Positions 18,604 through 28,574 of a stretch of 64,000 nt of DNA are shown here, in pieces (position 1 is the stretch's first letter; each line of letters begins with the position of its first letter). This DNA comes from an uncultured Clostridia bacterium (GTDB lineage Bacteria; Bacillota; Clostridia; Christensenellales; Borkfalkiaceae): positions 3,166 to 67,165 of the forward strand of contig CAJFGA010000002.1 of the NCBI GenBank assembly GCA_904374385.1, in the 5' to 3' direction. The notes beneath the pieces are model-generated. The model did no database searches. It worked only from the letters and a program-made list of their open reading frames with translations, and had not been told where the DNA came from. The position numbers and the translations under genes were made by a program.

Positions 18604-19008
18604 ATGACTGAACAGGAAAAACAAGCAGTTGAAACATTGACGAGAAGTTTTACGAAAATGGAAACGATTTACAAAGTAAAGTGTACGGAAGTAGAAGCGA
18701 TGAAAGAAGAAATATCCCGTTTGAAATCCGAAAACGCAGCTCTGCGCGAGAGGTTGGAAAAGGCGGTGGAGTTTCCGTTTATCGTCATAGATAAAAAAAC
18801 AAGCAAGGAGGCAGATGAATACGAGATAGCGCTACATGAAGATTGGGCAAAAGATTTAATGTATTGCGACATGGAAGGCTTTGCGATTGAGCAAGACGGA
18901 ACGCTTATTCTTCTTGATGAATGTGGGAAATTTGCATATTGCCCGTCAGATAGGTTTGAAGTTGTATCCGAAGCCCGCCTCGCGGAGCTGAATGGAGGAA
19001 AGGGATGA
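18604..19008 (+). CDS. Hypothetical phage protein
   Basis: Coiled-coil N-terminus; operonic. Confidence 0.6.
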   Translation: MTEQEKQAVETLTRSFTKMETIYKVKCTEVEAMKEEISRLKSENAALRERLEKAVEFPFIVIDKKTSKEADEYEIALHEDWAKDLMYCDMEGFAIEQDGTLILLDECGKFAYCPSDRFEVVSEARLAELNGGKG

Positions 19009-19256
19009 CTCATGAATTAAAGATTTTAGAATGTTACGCAGATGCAAAAGTAGCAGGCGATAAACTATTTGAGATTCGTTATAATGCGGATAGAGGTTTT
19101 CAAAAAGGTGATTTTATAACTTACATTGTTGTAGATAACGCAGGAAGAAGATGGTATCACCCGATAGATAATATGAAATTTGAAATAACCTATGTCACGA
19201 ATTACGAACAAAAAGAAGGGTGGGTTGTATTCGGAGAAAGAGAGGTGAAAAAATGA
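19005..19256 (+). CDS. ASCH/DUF3850-like protein
   Basis: HELKI...GDKLFEIRYN.DRGFQKGD. Confidence 0.8.
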   Translation: MTHELKILECYADAKVAGDKLFEIRYNADRGFQKGDFITYIVVDNAGRRWYHPIDNMKFEITYVTNYEQKEGWVVFGEREVKK

Positions 19257-19502
19257 AAGTATATGAATTAAAGGAACTTGTCGAAGAGTATGCCAAACTA
19301 TTAGAAGAGATCGAGGCGAAGATAGAACAATTGCGGAAGCTGAACAGAAGAATCAATATTGAAGTGAAGAAATTGGATTGACACAAACCGAGCGCGGGCG
19401 GTATGTGAATAAAGAAGAAAAAGGAGTATTCCTTTCCCTGATAAGGCTTATCAAGCTCGTCTCTCCACCGCGCGGGAGAGGCGAGTCTTCCGGAGGTGGA
19501 GA

Positions 19503-19934
19503 ATGACATACGAAGAAATGAAAAAAATGTTGGACGGGTTAAAACATAAAAAGAGCCTGTTGCGGTCTATAAAGAAGCAAATAGAGGAGACGCGCGAGCA
19601 GATAGACTGTCTACGAGCGCAAAATTACAGCGATATAGCCGTACAGGGAGGAATTAAAGAGCCTGCCGCGGAAAGATTCGTAGAGCACATCGAAAGGCTT
19701 GAAAATCGCTATAAAGCTGTCATGGAGCAAGTGTTCGAGATCGAGGATTACATATCGGAGCATCTTCCCGTACTTTCAGAGATAGAGCAAGCAATTATCA
19801 TCGATAGATATATGAGTGGAAAATCTTGGAGGCGTATTCAGCAAGAGCACAATTACGCAGAGGCACAGCCGTATCGCATAGAGCATCAAGCAATAAAAAA
19901 ACTTGTTGTAAATTGGCAAGATGATAGTAAATGA
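19503..19934 (+). CDS. ArpU/RinA-like late transcriptional activator
   Basis: C-terminal sigma4-like HTH (IIIDRYMSGKSW); immediately upstream of the terminase genes. Confidence 0.75.
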   Translation: MTYEEMKKMLDGLKHKKSLLRSIKKQIEETREQIDCLRAQNYSDIAVQGGIKEPAAERFVEHIERLENRYKAVMEQVFEIEDYISEHLPVLSEIEQAIIIDRYMSGKSWRRIQQEHNYAEAQPYRIEHQAIKKLVVNWQDDSK

Positions 19935-19955
19935 TAGTTTTACCTGTGGTATAAT
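19921..19955 (+). promoter_or_regulatory. Late promoter with putative activator direct repeats
   Basis: ATGATAGT x2 (10-bp period) in place of -35; TGTGGTATAAT extended -10. Confidence 0.6.
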
Positions 19956-20105
19956 GGTAACATCGAAAAGACCACACGAAAGGCTTTTGAGCTTTTTTGA
20001 TTTTTTCTCTTCCAAAAGCCCGCCCTACGGGGCGGGTAAGCAAAAGACAGCGCCAAGGTTTTGCCAAGGCGCTTTTCTTATACATTTTTTAAGGAGTGAG
20101 GCAAT

Positions 20106-20510
20106 GTGCCGAAGAAAAACAAGGACAACTTAATTCCTATTCGAAGCGAGAAAGAAGCGAGGGAAAAAGGAAAGAAGGGCGGCATAAGAAGCGGAGAAGT
20201 CCGTCGTGAAAAAAAAGCCTTACGGGATACTTTTGAAGAATTACTGAAAGTGACTTTGAAAGACGAAAACTTGCTTGAATCTTATAAACAATTTGGTTTT
20301 GATAAAAAAGGAATGACGATGCAAGATGCCATATCGGCTGCAATGATTCATCAAGCCGCGAAAGGGAATGTTAAAGCATTCAAAGCTATCTATGAAACAA
20401 TAGAAGTTCCAAAGCTGGAGGAAAAAGAAAAAGTTATCACTGATCGTATGCAATTAATGCAAGAAGCCTTTGAGAAAGAAGATGGCGTTGAGGATGATGG
20501 TGATGAATGA
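20106..20510 (+). CDS. Terminase small subunit (probable)
   Basis: NLIP..S..EAREKGKKGG.RSGE.RR.KK motif; position before TerL. Confidence 0.75.
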   Translation: MPKKNKDNLIPIRSEKEAREKGKKGGIRSGEVRREKKALRDTFEELLKVTLKDENLLESYKQFGFDKKGMTMQDAISAAMIHQAAKGNVKAFKAIYETIEVPKLEEKEKVITDRMQLMQEAFEKEDGVEDDGDE

Positions 20511-21753
20511 AGCGGCGTTAAACAGGTTATATAGCCATAAACAGCAAAGAGTTTTGAGGCGATATTATACTCGTCGGCCTTATATGCTTATTAATCACGG
20601 GGCTGTTCGTACAGGCAAAACGACTGTCGACAATGACATATTTATGTCAGAGCTTTTGCGAATTCATCAGTATTGCAAGGCACGAGGGATTAAACATCCG
20701 CAATATATTCTCGGAGGGGCATCTGTTAACAATATTACGCGGAATGTAATAAGAGAAATTAATCAACATTATGGCTTGCAATTAAAGTTAAATCAGCATA
20801 ATGAGTTTGAGTTATTCGGAGTAATTGTTTGTTGTCTTGGTACGGATGATCTCGGTCGATTCAGCGGGGCTGTCGGTATGACGTCATTCGGACTATATTT
20901 AAATGAGGCAAGCGTTGCCAAAGAGGAAGTATTTGACGAACTTTTAAAACGATGTTCCGGGGATAAAGATTTTGCTCCGATGGTAATTATCGATACTAAC
21001 CCGGACAGCCCGGAACATTATCTATACAAAAATTATATTTCCATTCCATTTGATGACAGAAAAAAGAAAGGGATATTAACATTTCATTGGGAACTTGATG
21101 ATAACCCTTTTTTGAATCCGCAAGTACGAGAGAATTTGAAGAATTCTACGCCGAGCGGGGTTTTTTATGATAGAAAAATCAAGGGGCTATGGGTGACGGC
21201 TGACGGCATAGTTTACGAAGATTTTGATAAAAGCATTAATGTTATCGATGATTCGCAAGCCTATTCAAAGAATGAATTTGTACGGTTTTACGCGGGAGTG
21301 GATTGGGGATATGAGCATAAAGGTGTTATTGTATTGGTAGGCGTAACATCAGATGACTTGCATATTATTTTACGCGTGATTGCGGCAAGACATATGCTGA
21401 TCAGTTGGTGGGTAGAACAAGCACAAGAAATTATTCGCTTATATGGATATGGCATCAAATTTTATTGTGATTCGGCGCGGCCCGATAATATAAGCGAATT
21501 TAGAAAAGCAAATATTTGGGCTGTCGAGGCAAATAAAACTATCAATGCAGGAGTAGAATGCGTTGCCGGCAAATGGAAAAAGCGCAATTTATATATTTTG
21601 CGAAGTCAATCGGCAGAATTTTTAAGTGAAATTTATGCTTATGTTTGGGATAAAAAGACAGGTTTACCTGTTAAAGTCAACGATGACATTATGGATGCGA
21701 TCCGGTATGGGGTCTTTACGGATAGTGAAGCGCACAAAATAAAAAAGAGGTAA
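20503..21753 (+). CDS. Terminase large subunit (PBSX-like)
   Basis: GAVRTGKT, DTNPDSPEH, GVDWGY and DDIMDAIRY. Confidence 0.93.
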   Translation: MNEAALNRLYSHKQQRVLRRYYTRRPYMLINHGAVRTGKTTVDNDIFMSELLRIHQYCKARGIKHPQYILGGASVNNITRNVIREINQHYGLQLKLNQHNEFELFGVIVCCLGTDDLGRFSGAVGMTSFGLYLNEASVAKEEVFDELLKRCSGDKDFAPMVIIDTNPDSPEHYLYKNYISIPFDDRKKKGILTFHWELDDNPFLNPQVRENLKNSTPSGVFYDRKIKGLWVTADGIVYEDFDKSINVIDDSQAYSKNEFVRFYAGVDWGYEHKGVIVLVGVTSDDLHIILRVIAARHMLISWWVEQAQEIIRLYGYGIKFYCDSARPDNISEFRKANIWAVEANKTINAGVECVAGKWKKRNLYILRSQSAEFLSEIYAYVWDKKTGLPVKVNDDIMDAIRYGVFTDSEAHKIKKR

Positions 21754-21755
21754 AA

Positions 21756-23345
21756 ATGTTATACGATTTAAGTTTTCTTGAAAAAGATAAAATTTTTCCG
21801 CCGCGATCGGAAATGCCGAGACTGGAAGGATATAGGCAAAACAAACTTTTGTTTGAGCATCGGCTGCAAGATGTGTATGCACCGTACTTAGAACGTATTC
21901 GCCAAATCATTAATAAATTCAATGATACAGACTGGGCTAAAATGTCTTATGATATCTATTCTTTGGATTTTGATTATTTCGAGCTTCTTTCTATAAAAAC
22001 GGCCGATTTGACGGTGGGAGATCCGCCGACAATTACAATGAAAAAAAGGCAATTGACACAGGAAGAAATCGATAATGATGGTGAATCAATAGCGGAGGAA
22101 GCACATAAAACAGCAGAAGATAATTTAAATGCAATTTGCTCAAATTCCTGTTTATATATAAAACTTTTACCAATTGTTGTAGATATTTCTCGATTTGGTG
22201 ATTCCGTGGTACGTATTTATTCGGAACTCAAAAACGGAAAAGAGCGAAACAATTTTACGATCATATCGCCGGAGATGTGGTTTCCTGTTGTTGATCGAGA
22301 AATTAAAGAAAATAGGCTATACGATGTCTTGGCGTGGATAGAATGTATAAATCCTGAAGAAGAAGAGCAAAAACAGCGGTTTATATTAAAAACTCAGATA
22401 CATTCTGCGGGGCAATTTGAATCACGCGAATATGAAGCGAAGCGGCTTGATGGAAATTACACTTTACCGGATGGAACGACTTGTAACCAACCTCGTTTTA
22501 AGATAGGCAATTTATTGAGACAAGGCAATCCGATACAGACAGGGCTTTCAGCTTCCGCAATTAGAAATTTTTCGAATGTGGTTTCATCAGATAGTATCTT
22601 CGGGATCAACGATTACGACAGAATATCTGCAATCATAGCAGAACTTGGCGTTCGGTATACTTTGGAATCGCTTGTATTGGACAAACATACTGCGCCTACA
22701 ATGGCCGCGGACGCATCCAATTTCTATCAAGATGCAAGAGGACAATGGACGGCCAATATTGGCGGTGTTATGCCGGTTGATACGGGGAAACCATATCCGC
22801 AGTACATAACATGGGATGCGTCATTACAAGCCAATCATACGATGATTGAAAAGTTGGAAAAGCATTTATATTCATTATCTGAAATGGGCGCAGTATTGAA
22901 TGACGACAGTTTTGGAGCATCGCAGGGGTTTGAGGCGCTTGAAACACGCATGACGAATGCAAGGCTCAAAGCAAGACGTATATCTTCACTGATGATCACA
23001 CCATTGAAAGAATTAATCAGCTTGCTTTCTGAAAAAGGATATACGGTTATTCCAATGGATGAAATTTCTGTTCAATTCAATGACGGATTGCCGCTTACGG
23101 AAAATCAAGAGGTCAATATTGCGCTCAAGAAATCCGGGAATACGCAATTAGAGGATATTTCCACTATATTGCAAGAGCATCTCGGCAAAAGCAAAGAAGA
23201 AGCAGATGCCATTGCCGAAATTCTAAAGTCATCTCAATTAAATGCCTTTGCGAGTGGATTTGCGCCTTTCCCGCAGGGTACAGAGGATGGAGAGGGCGAT
23301 CAAACACCTATAAATGGCGGTGAGGAACCGATTGATGAAGGATGA
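21756..23345 (+). CDS. Portal protein
   Basis: Size, position after TerL, acidic C-tail. Confidence 0.8.
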   Translation: MLYDLSFLEKDKIFPPRSEMPRLEGYRQNKLLFEHRLQDVYAPYLERIRQIINKFNDTDWAKMSYDIYSLDFDYFELLSIKTADLTVGDPPTITMKKRQLTQEEIDNDGESIAEEAHKTAEDNLNAICSNSCLYIKLLPIVVDISRFGDSVVRIYSELKNGKERNNFTIISPEMWFPVVDREIKENRLYDVLAWIECINPEEEEQKQRFILKTQIHSAGQFESREYEAKRLDGNYTLPDGTTCNQPRFKIGNLLRQGNPIQTGLSASAIRNFSNVVSSDSIFGINDYDRISAIIAELGVRYTLESLVLDKHTAPTMAADASNFYQDARGQWTANIGGVMPVDTGKPYPQYITWDASLQANHTMIEKLEKHLYSLSEMGAVLNDDSFGASQGFEALETRMTNARLKARRISSLMITPLKELISLLSEKGYTVIPMDEISVQFNDGLPLTENQEVNIALKKSGNTQLEDISTILQEHLGKSKEEADAIAEILKSSQLNAFASGFAPFPQGTEDGEGDQTPINGGEEPIDEG

Positions 23346-24876
23346 TGATAAAAGCGTATTAAACCTTTTGAAATCGTATGTCAATGCAGAACAGCGCGTA
23401 CTTGCAGCTACTCATAACAAGCGTCTTACAGTAAAACAATACCAATCGCATTTAAATCAAGTAGTCAATGAAGTTATGTCCACGCTCCAAAAGAAAAATA
23501 AAACATTTGGAGAAAAAGAAACAGTAACGGCGTTTACGGATGGTAAAAAGAAAACTGACACGGAAACTCCTGAGCAGCATAAAACAATAACACAAAAGCA
23601 GGCTTCGGCTATTTTGCGGAGTGCGGGTTTTCGATACGACGGACGTGAATTTGGATATGATACTTATATTGAACTGCAAAGCGCAACGCAAGCCGCTGGA
23701 ACGGGCTTTTTAGAGCGTGTCAATAAAACTATTAAGCACCTTGAAAAAACAGGGCAAGATACGATTTATAACGTTACAGAGGCGATAAAAAAGGATATCG
23801 AATCAAATGGCCTGTTAAATGTGGAATATTCAAACGGACGTAAAGTATCGATATCATCTTATGCACATATGGCGGCTCGGTCGGCGCGAATGGAAAGTGT
23901 AAATATAGGAGCATTCGGTCGCGCCCTGGAAAACGGCACGGATTACGTGCGTTGCACGGAGATATGGCCGACTTGCGAAATATGCGCAAAGTATCAAGGG
24001 AGAATTTATTGCATATCCGGGCGAGATAAAAGATTTCCTGCATTATTTGAAACAGCACTTCGGCACGGTTATGCCATAATGCATCCGCATTGCCGTCATG
24101 AGTTTATTCCCGTATGGCTTGAACTCATGGATAAAGACGAGTTGGAAAAAGAGATCAGGCGTTCGCAGATCCCGAAGGCTTCAGACCCTCGTTCCGTAAA
24201 AGAGCGAAACGCCTATGCGGAATGGCAGGCGGAGCGCAGGCAAGTGTATAACGAGCAGGCTTATTTCGAAAAGGCACGGCAAACCCTTGGTCCTTCGATG
24301 CCTTATAAAGACATCGGCGCGTTCCGCCGCTCGTATCGCGCGAAAGAGGGCAGCCTTGCGCATAGGCGCAGTCACAATTTGATCAATGATTATCAGATAT
24401 GGCGGCGATACAGGGAAGAACTCGGGAAAGGCAGTTTGCCGAAAACTCTTGAAAAATATCAGGAAATCGTGTATAATAAGGATGATAAAGATAACCTGGA
24501 TCATTACATAGCGGCGCGGCGTAGAGGAAGCGTTTCAGCGGTGGTAGGCTTTTCGGATTGGCAAAGTATGAATACACGGTTGTGTGGTTTATTGGTCGGG
24601 CAAAAGGCAGTAAATGGTGTAATAATCAGGGGTATTAGCAAACACTTTGTTGATAGGGTGATAGGAACTATTTATCCACAGGGTCAAAACAAGATTAAGC
24701 ATGAGGGCGTTTCAGTTAAACAAATTCAAAATGCTGTTTTACAGGGGAAAGAGATACAGACCAAGACTGACTCGCGAGGAAGAAAGAGTACGTTGCTTTC
24801 TCTTGAAGGTATATGTGATGTAACAATAAATTCAGAAACAGGGGTGTTGATTCAATGCAATCCAATTTCAAAATAA
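23335..24876 (+). CDS. Minor capsid (MuF-like) protein with C-terminal extension
   Basis: CEICAKYQGRIY and HPHCRH motifs; C-terminal SKHFVDR domain. Confidence 0.8.
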   Translation: MKDDDKSVLNLLKSYVNAEQRVLAATHNKRLTVKQYQSHLNQVVNEVMSTLQKKNKTFGEKETVTAFTDGKKKTDTETPEQHKTITQKQASAILRSAGFRYDGREFGYDTYIELQSATQAAGTGFLERVNKTIKHLEKTGQDTIYNVTEAIKKDIESNGLLNVEYSNGRKVSISSYAHMAARSARMESVNIGAFGRALENGTDYVRCTEIWPTCEICAKYQGRIYCISGRDKRFPALFETALRHGYAIMHPHCRHEFIPVWLELMDKDELEKEIRRSQIPKASDPRSVKERNAYAEWQAERRQVYNEQAYFEKARQTLGPSMPYKDIGAFRRSYRAKEGSLAHRRSHNLINDYQIWRRYREELGKGSLPKTLEKYQEIVYNKDDKDNLDHYIAARRRGSVSAVVGFSDWQSMNTRLCGLLVGQKAVNGVIIRGISKHFVDRVIGTIYPQGQNKIKHEGVSVKQIQNAVLQGKEIQTKTDSRGRKSTLLSLEGICDVTINSETGVLIQCNPISK

Positions 24877-25070
24877 CGCAAAGTCAAAAGGATCAAATAA
24901 AACCATTTATTGAAAATATAGATGAATATGAAAGTAAAAGGACACTAATAGATCTTTTGCATGAACTTAATCTGGTTATAAGTGGGGAACTCGATGAAAA
25001 TTACGAGGATACGGAAAACAGTTTAAAATTACAAAAGATATATGATGAATTACTAAAACAAAACGATTAA
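24855..25070 (+). CDS. Small acidic protein, candidate immunity protein
   Basis: Overlaps the 3' end of the minor capsid gene; AT-rich. Confidence 0.6.
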   Translation: MQSNFKITQSQKDQIKPFIENIDEYESKRTLIDLLHELNLVISGELDENYEDTENSLKLQKIYDELLKQND

Positions 25071-25137
25071 AAGAGCACGGTTTGCCGTGCTCTTTTGATA
25101 CGAAAAACGAGGCAAAGCGAAGGCTTTGCCTTTTTTG
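25070..25137 (+). terminator. Two tandem terminator-like hairpins
   Basis: aagagcacgg-tttg-ccgtgctctttt and aggcaaagc-gaag-gctttgccttttttt. Confidence 0.7.
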
Positions 25138-25224
25138 ATGCCCAGAGCAAGGCAAGGCGTAAAAAGGTCGGTGCGCATAAAAAATCTGACGGGAGCGACC
25201 CCGTAAAAAGCGTAGGAGGAATTT

Positions 25225-25806
25225 ATGAAAAGGCAGGAACTAAAGGCATTGCTTCACGGCGTTGAAAATGCAGGAGAGATCATTGATCAAATCATGGAAC
25301 TCAACGGCGCGGACATTGAGAACGCGAAGAAGGCAGCAGGCGGCGGAAATGAATCGCTTAACCGCGAAATTGAACGTCTAAAGGGTGAAAATAGCAATCT
25401 TGCTATGCAACTCAAGGCGTACGAAAAAGGCGGTGAAAAGTATATTGACGCGGCAGAATTCGAGCGTTTGAGGACTTTTGAAACGGACACGCTTACAAAG
25501 CAAAAACGCGACAGCCAGTCAAATGCGGTCAAGGCATTGCTTAAAAAGAACAATGCGCGGGATGATATGCTTGACTTGCTCATGAATGGAGTATCACTTG
25601 ACGGCGTCGAAATTGCAGAGGATGGGACCGTAAAAGACGGGGATAAACTTGTCGCAAAACTGAAAGAAAAGTATTCTGCAGGCTTTGCGGCGGAATCGGG
25701 CGGTTCCGGCGGGGCTCCGTTTACACCACCCAAAAGCGGCGATAGTGGGGAAGGTGGTTTTAATTTCGGTTTTACACCGATCAGATCAATGCCGCAAAAG
25801 AAATAA
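25225..25806 (+). CDS. Capsid scaffolding protein (GP20-like)
   Basis: IDQIMELNGADIE N-terminus, coiled coil, Gly/Pro tail. Confidence 0.85.
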   Translation: MKRQELKALLHGVENAGEIIDQIMELNGADIENAKKAAGGGNESLNREIERLKGENSNLAMQLKAYEKGGEKYIDAAEFERLRTFETDTLTKQKRDSQSNAVKALLKKNNARDDMLDLLMNGVSLDGVEIAEDGTVKDGDKLVAKLKEKYSAGFAAESGGSGGAPFTPPKSGDSGEGGFNFGFTPIRSMPQKK

Positions 25807-25830
25807 TTTAATTAAAGGAGATTTATTATA

Positions 25831-26715
25831 ATGGCAGCTCTTAACTATGCAACCCAGTATGCCCGTGAGTTGGCACAGGCATACCCTTATGTACTTTACT
25901 TCGGTCGTCTTTACTCGACCGAAAACAATGGCCGGTATCGTTGGGTAGACGGCAAAACGATCGCAATCCCTACGCTTTCCACAACCGGTCGAGTTGCGGC
26001 AGATAACGATACAATTGTGTTGGCAAAGCGCAACTACGACAATGCGTGGGAAAATAAGACGCTCTCTTTCCATAGGAAATGGAGCACTCTTGTTGCGCCT
26101 ACGGATATCATGATGACCAATCAAGTGGCGACGATTGCCAATATCACCCGGGTATACAACGAATATCAGAAATTCCCGGAAAAAGATAAATATCTCGTAT
26201 CCAAAGTATATGCGGATTGGGCAGCGCAGTCTATGACGGCAGGAACGACGGCTCTTTCCGCGACGAATATTTTGCAGACGATCGATGCAGATCTTGAAAA
26301 ATTTGCAGAAAACCGCGTTCCAAAATCCGGCGTTATTTTTTATTGCACGCCGACGGTCAATAAGATCCTTAAAGAAGCGGTCACGCGTTATATGAACGGA
26401 ACCGATTCTACTCTTCGCCGGTATATTGCTAACTTGGACGATATGGAAGTCGTTGAAGTTCCTTCCGATATCATGAAAACCGATTTTGATTTTACGGCAG
26501 GTGCCGTCGTTGAAGAAGACGCAGATCAAATCAACTACTTCATGGTACATCCGACGGCAGTCATTACGCCTGAAGTATATGCTTTTTCGCAGATCGATGA
26601 ACCGTCTGCAATGTCGGAAGGCAAGTATGTCTATTATGAAGAGTCGTTCGAAGATGTCTTTATCTTGAATAACCGCAAAAACGGTATCGCGTTTAATATT
26701 ACGCAATCGGCATAA
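25831..26715 (+). CDS. Major capsid protein
   Basis: LNYATQY...KTIAIP.LST.G...PEKDKY; follows the scaffold gene. Confidence 0.85.
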   Translation: MAALNYATQYARELAQAYPYVLYFGRLYSTENNGRYRWVDGKTIAIPTLSTTGRVAADNDTIVLAKRNYDNAWENKTLSFHRKWSTLVAPTDIMMTNQVATIANITRVYNEYQKFPEKDKYLVSKVYADWAAQSMTAGTTALSATNILQTIDADLEKFAENRVPKSGVIFYCTPTVNKILKEAVTRYMNGTDSTLRRYIANLDDMEVVEVPSDIMKTDFDFTAGAVVEEDADQINYFMVHPTAVITPEVYAFSQIDEPSAMSEGKYVYYEESFEDVFILNNRKNGIAFNITQSA

Positions 26716-26745
26716 TGATACAAGATTGACATAAGGAGGCATTTT

Positions 26746-26970
26746 ATGGCAAGTGAAATTATCAGAGTACGCCGGGCAAATATGACGCTGCGTGTGCCTG
26801 TTGATATGAAAGATTCATATCTCGCGCAGGGCTATGACGTCATCGGTGCAAATGGCAAGATTTTGGAACACAATACCAAGACGGTAACGCCTGCGGAATA
26901 CAAGGCGGCGTTGGACAAAATCGCAAGGCTTGAAGAAGAACTTGCAAAAATGAAAGCGCGCAGAGCGTAA
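26746..26970 (+). CDS. Small head-associated protein
   Basis: Strong RBS; follows the capsid gene. Confidence 0.65.
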   Translation: MASEIIRVRRANMTLRVPVDMKDSYLAQGYDVIGANGKILEHNTKTVTPAEYKAALDKIARLEEELAKMKARRA

Positions 26971-27024
26971 AAAATACAGAAAGGGCGGGGATATTCCCCG
27001 CCCGAATGTATATAGGAGGGAACT

Positions 27025-27507
27025 ATGCTCGAAGTCGGAAAAAATACTTATGTTACGATTGAGGAAGCGACCGAGTATATAGAGGAGAATTATTCTCCGA
27101 AAAATATTTTGCGAGCACATTGGGATGTGTGTCCGGATGAGTATAAAGAACAGTATTTGCGCAAAAGCATGATTGAGATAGAATCTCTTCCGTTTGTCGG
27201 GCGGAAAACGATTTGGACTGGGCCTTTACAGTTTCCGCGTACACTTATGAATGCGCCTCTTTATGTGATGCACAATCCGATATATCTCATGTACAACAAT
27301 AATGCGTATGAAGTACCGCTACAGGTCAAGCAGGCAGAAATCGAAAATGCACTCGGAATTATCAAAAAAGAATATAGACCGACATCAAAAGCTGTTGTGC
27401 TTGCTGCATTGGGACTTGTTCCGGCATTTTCAGAAAATACATCCAAACTATCGAGTGAACGAGCTGAAGAACTTCTAAAACCGTTCCTCGGCACGATAAA
27501 GGCTTAA
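27025..27507 (+). CDS. Head-tail adaptor (DnaT-like family)
   Basis: NTYVTIEEATEY...LQFPR...VP.QVKQA. Confidence 0.75.
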   Translation: MLEVGKNTYVTIEEATEYIEENYSPKNILRAHWDVCPDEYKEQYLRKSMIEIESLPFVGRKTIWTGPLQFPRTLMNAPLYVMHNPIYLMYNNNAYEVPLQVKQAEIENALGIIKKEYRPTSKAVVLAALGLVPAFSENTSKLSSERAEELLKPFLGTIKA

Positions 27508-27519
27508 GGAGGGGGAAAT

Positions 27520-27954
27520 ATGGCAACGGTAAGCGAATTATATCAATATCCTGTCGCTTTGGACTCAGACGAGTTTTTAAACAATACAGGTATTGATTTA
27601 CGGGAAGAATTGGATGGAGATGATGGTGAAAGAAAAGTCATTAATTTCTTAAATACGATTCATTCTCTTATTTACGATAGTTTGATCTATTCTACCGGTA
27701 GCAAAACGATCAAAAACTTGATAATCAAAGGATTCGCGGAAGATTTGCAAAATGATATAAAAAAAGCCCTTATCATACAAGGGCAGTACATTTTAGATAA
27801 TGGCGATATATCTCTTTGGAATGGAACGGTAATTACGGCAAACACTACGGCGGATGTAAAAGAAAGTAAAATAATATATCAGAAAGTAATAGCGCCGGCG
27901 GCGGTCGATTTGCTTATGAATACAGCGCCGCCGTTAATATATATGGGGGAATGA
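27520..27954 (+). CDS. Putative connector/neck protein
   Basis: Synteny; IKKALIIQGQYIL.NG. Confidence 0.55.
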   Translation: MATVSELYQYPVALDSDEFLNNTGIDLREELDGDDGERKVINFLNTIHSLIYDSLIYSTGSKTIKNLIIKGFAEDLQNDIKKALIIQGQYILDNGDISLWNGTVITANTTADVKESKIIYQKVIAPAAVDLLMNTAPPLIYMGE

Positions 27955-27957
27955 TTT

Positions 27958-28278
27958 ATGGCATTTCCTATTAAATACGATATGCATTGTAAACTGATCG
28001 ACTTAGAAACAAAAAAAGAGATCGATACATTTAAAGCGCGCCGTGTGAGGGAAAAACGTATCGATGCAGCGTTCGAGGCAGGAAACATTGCCAGCGGAGG
28101 ACAAACGTTTGCGATTGCAACAGCAAAAATATTGGATTATAAGCCGTTTGCCCAACAGGTAATTTGTGAAGGTCTTACTTTTATTATCGTGGCTTATCAG
28201 CCGATGACGCATATACAGGCGGGCAAAACTTGGTCGTCTAAACGGCAAAATAAAGAAATTGTTTTGGAGTTGGAATAA
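27958..28278 (+). CDS. Putative head-closure protein
   Basis: Size and synteny. Confidence 0.5.
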   Translation: MAFPIKYDMHCKLIDLETKKEIDTFKARRVREKRIDAAFEAGNIASGGQTFAIATAKILDYKPFAQQVICEGLTFIIVAYQPMTHIQAGKTWSSKRQNKEIVLELE

Positions 28279-28574
28279 TGAAGATTACACGAGCAATGCT
28301 GCAAAATAAACTTTACGAAATATTCCAATCCAATTCTCCGGTGCGGCAGAGCGGCGGTGCCGTCGGAAAACGGGGGACAAATTTATACTCGCCTTATCCG
28401 GGGAATTTGAAAAATAATGGTATTTACATGACTTCTTCCGGGATCCGGCTCGACTATAATAAAGTCGGTTATATCGGATATGCAAACAAGTATAGCAAAA
28501 AACCCGGATATATAGAAAAGTCAATAAACGAATTTTTACAATGGCTTGTATCGCTTGGAGGGCGTATTACATGA
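28278..28574 (+). CDS. Putative neck/tail completion protein
   Basis: SPV...PGNLK pattern; synteny. Confidence 0.5.
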   Translation: MKITRAMLQNKLYEIFQSNSPVRQSGGAVGKRGTNLYSPYPGNLKNNGIYMTSSGIRLDYNKVGYIGYANKYSKKPGYIEKSINEFLQWLVSLGGRIT

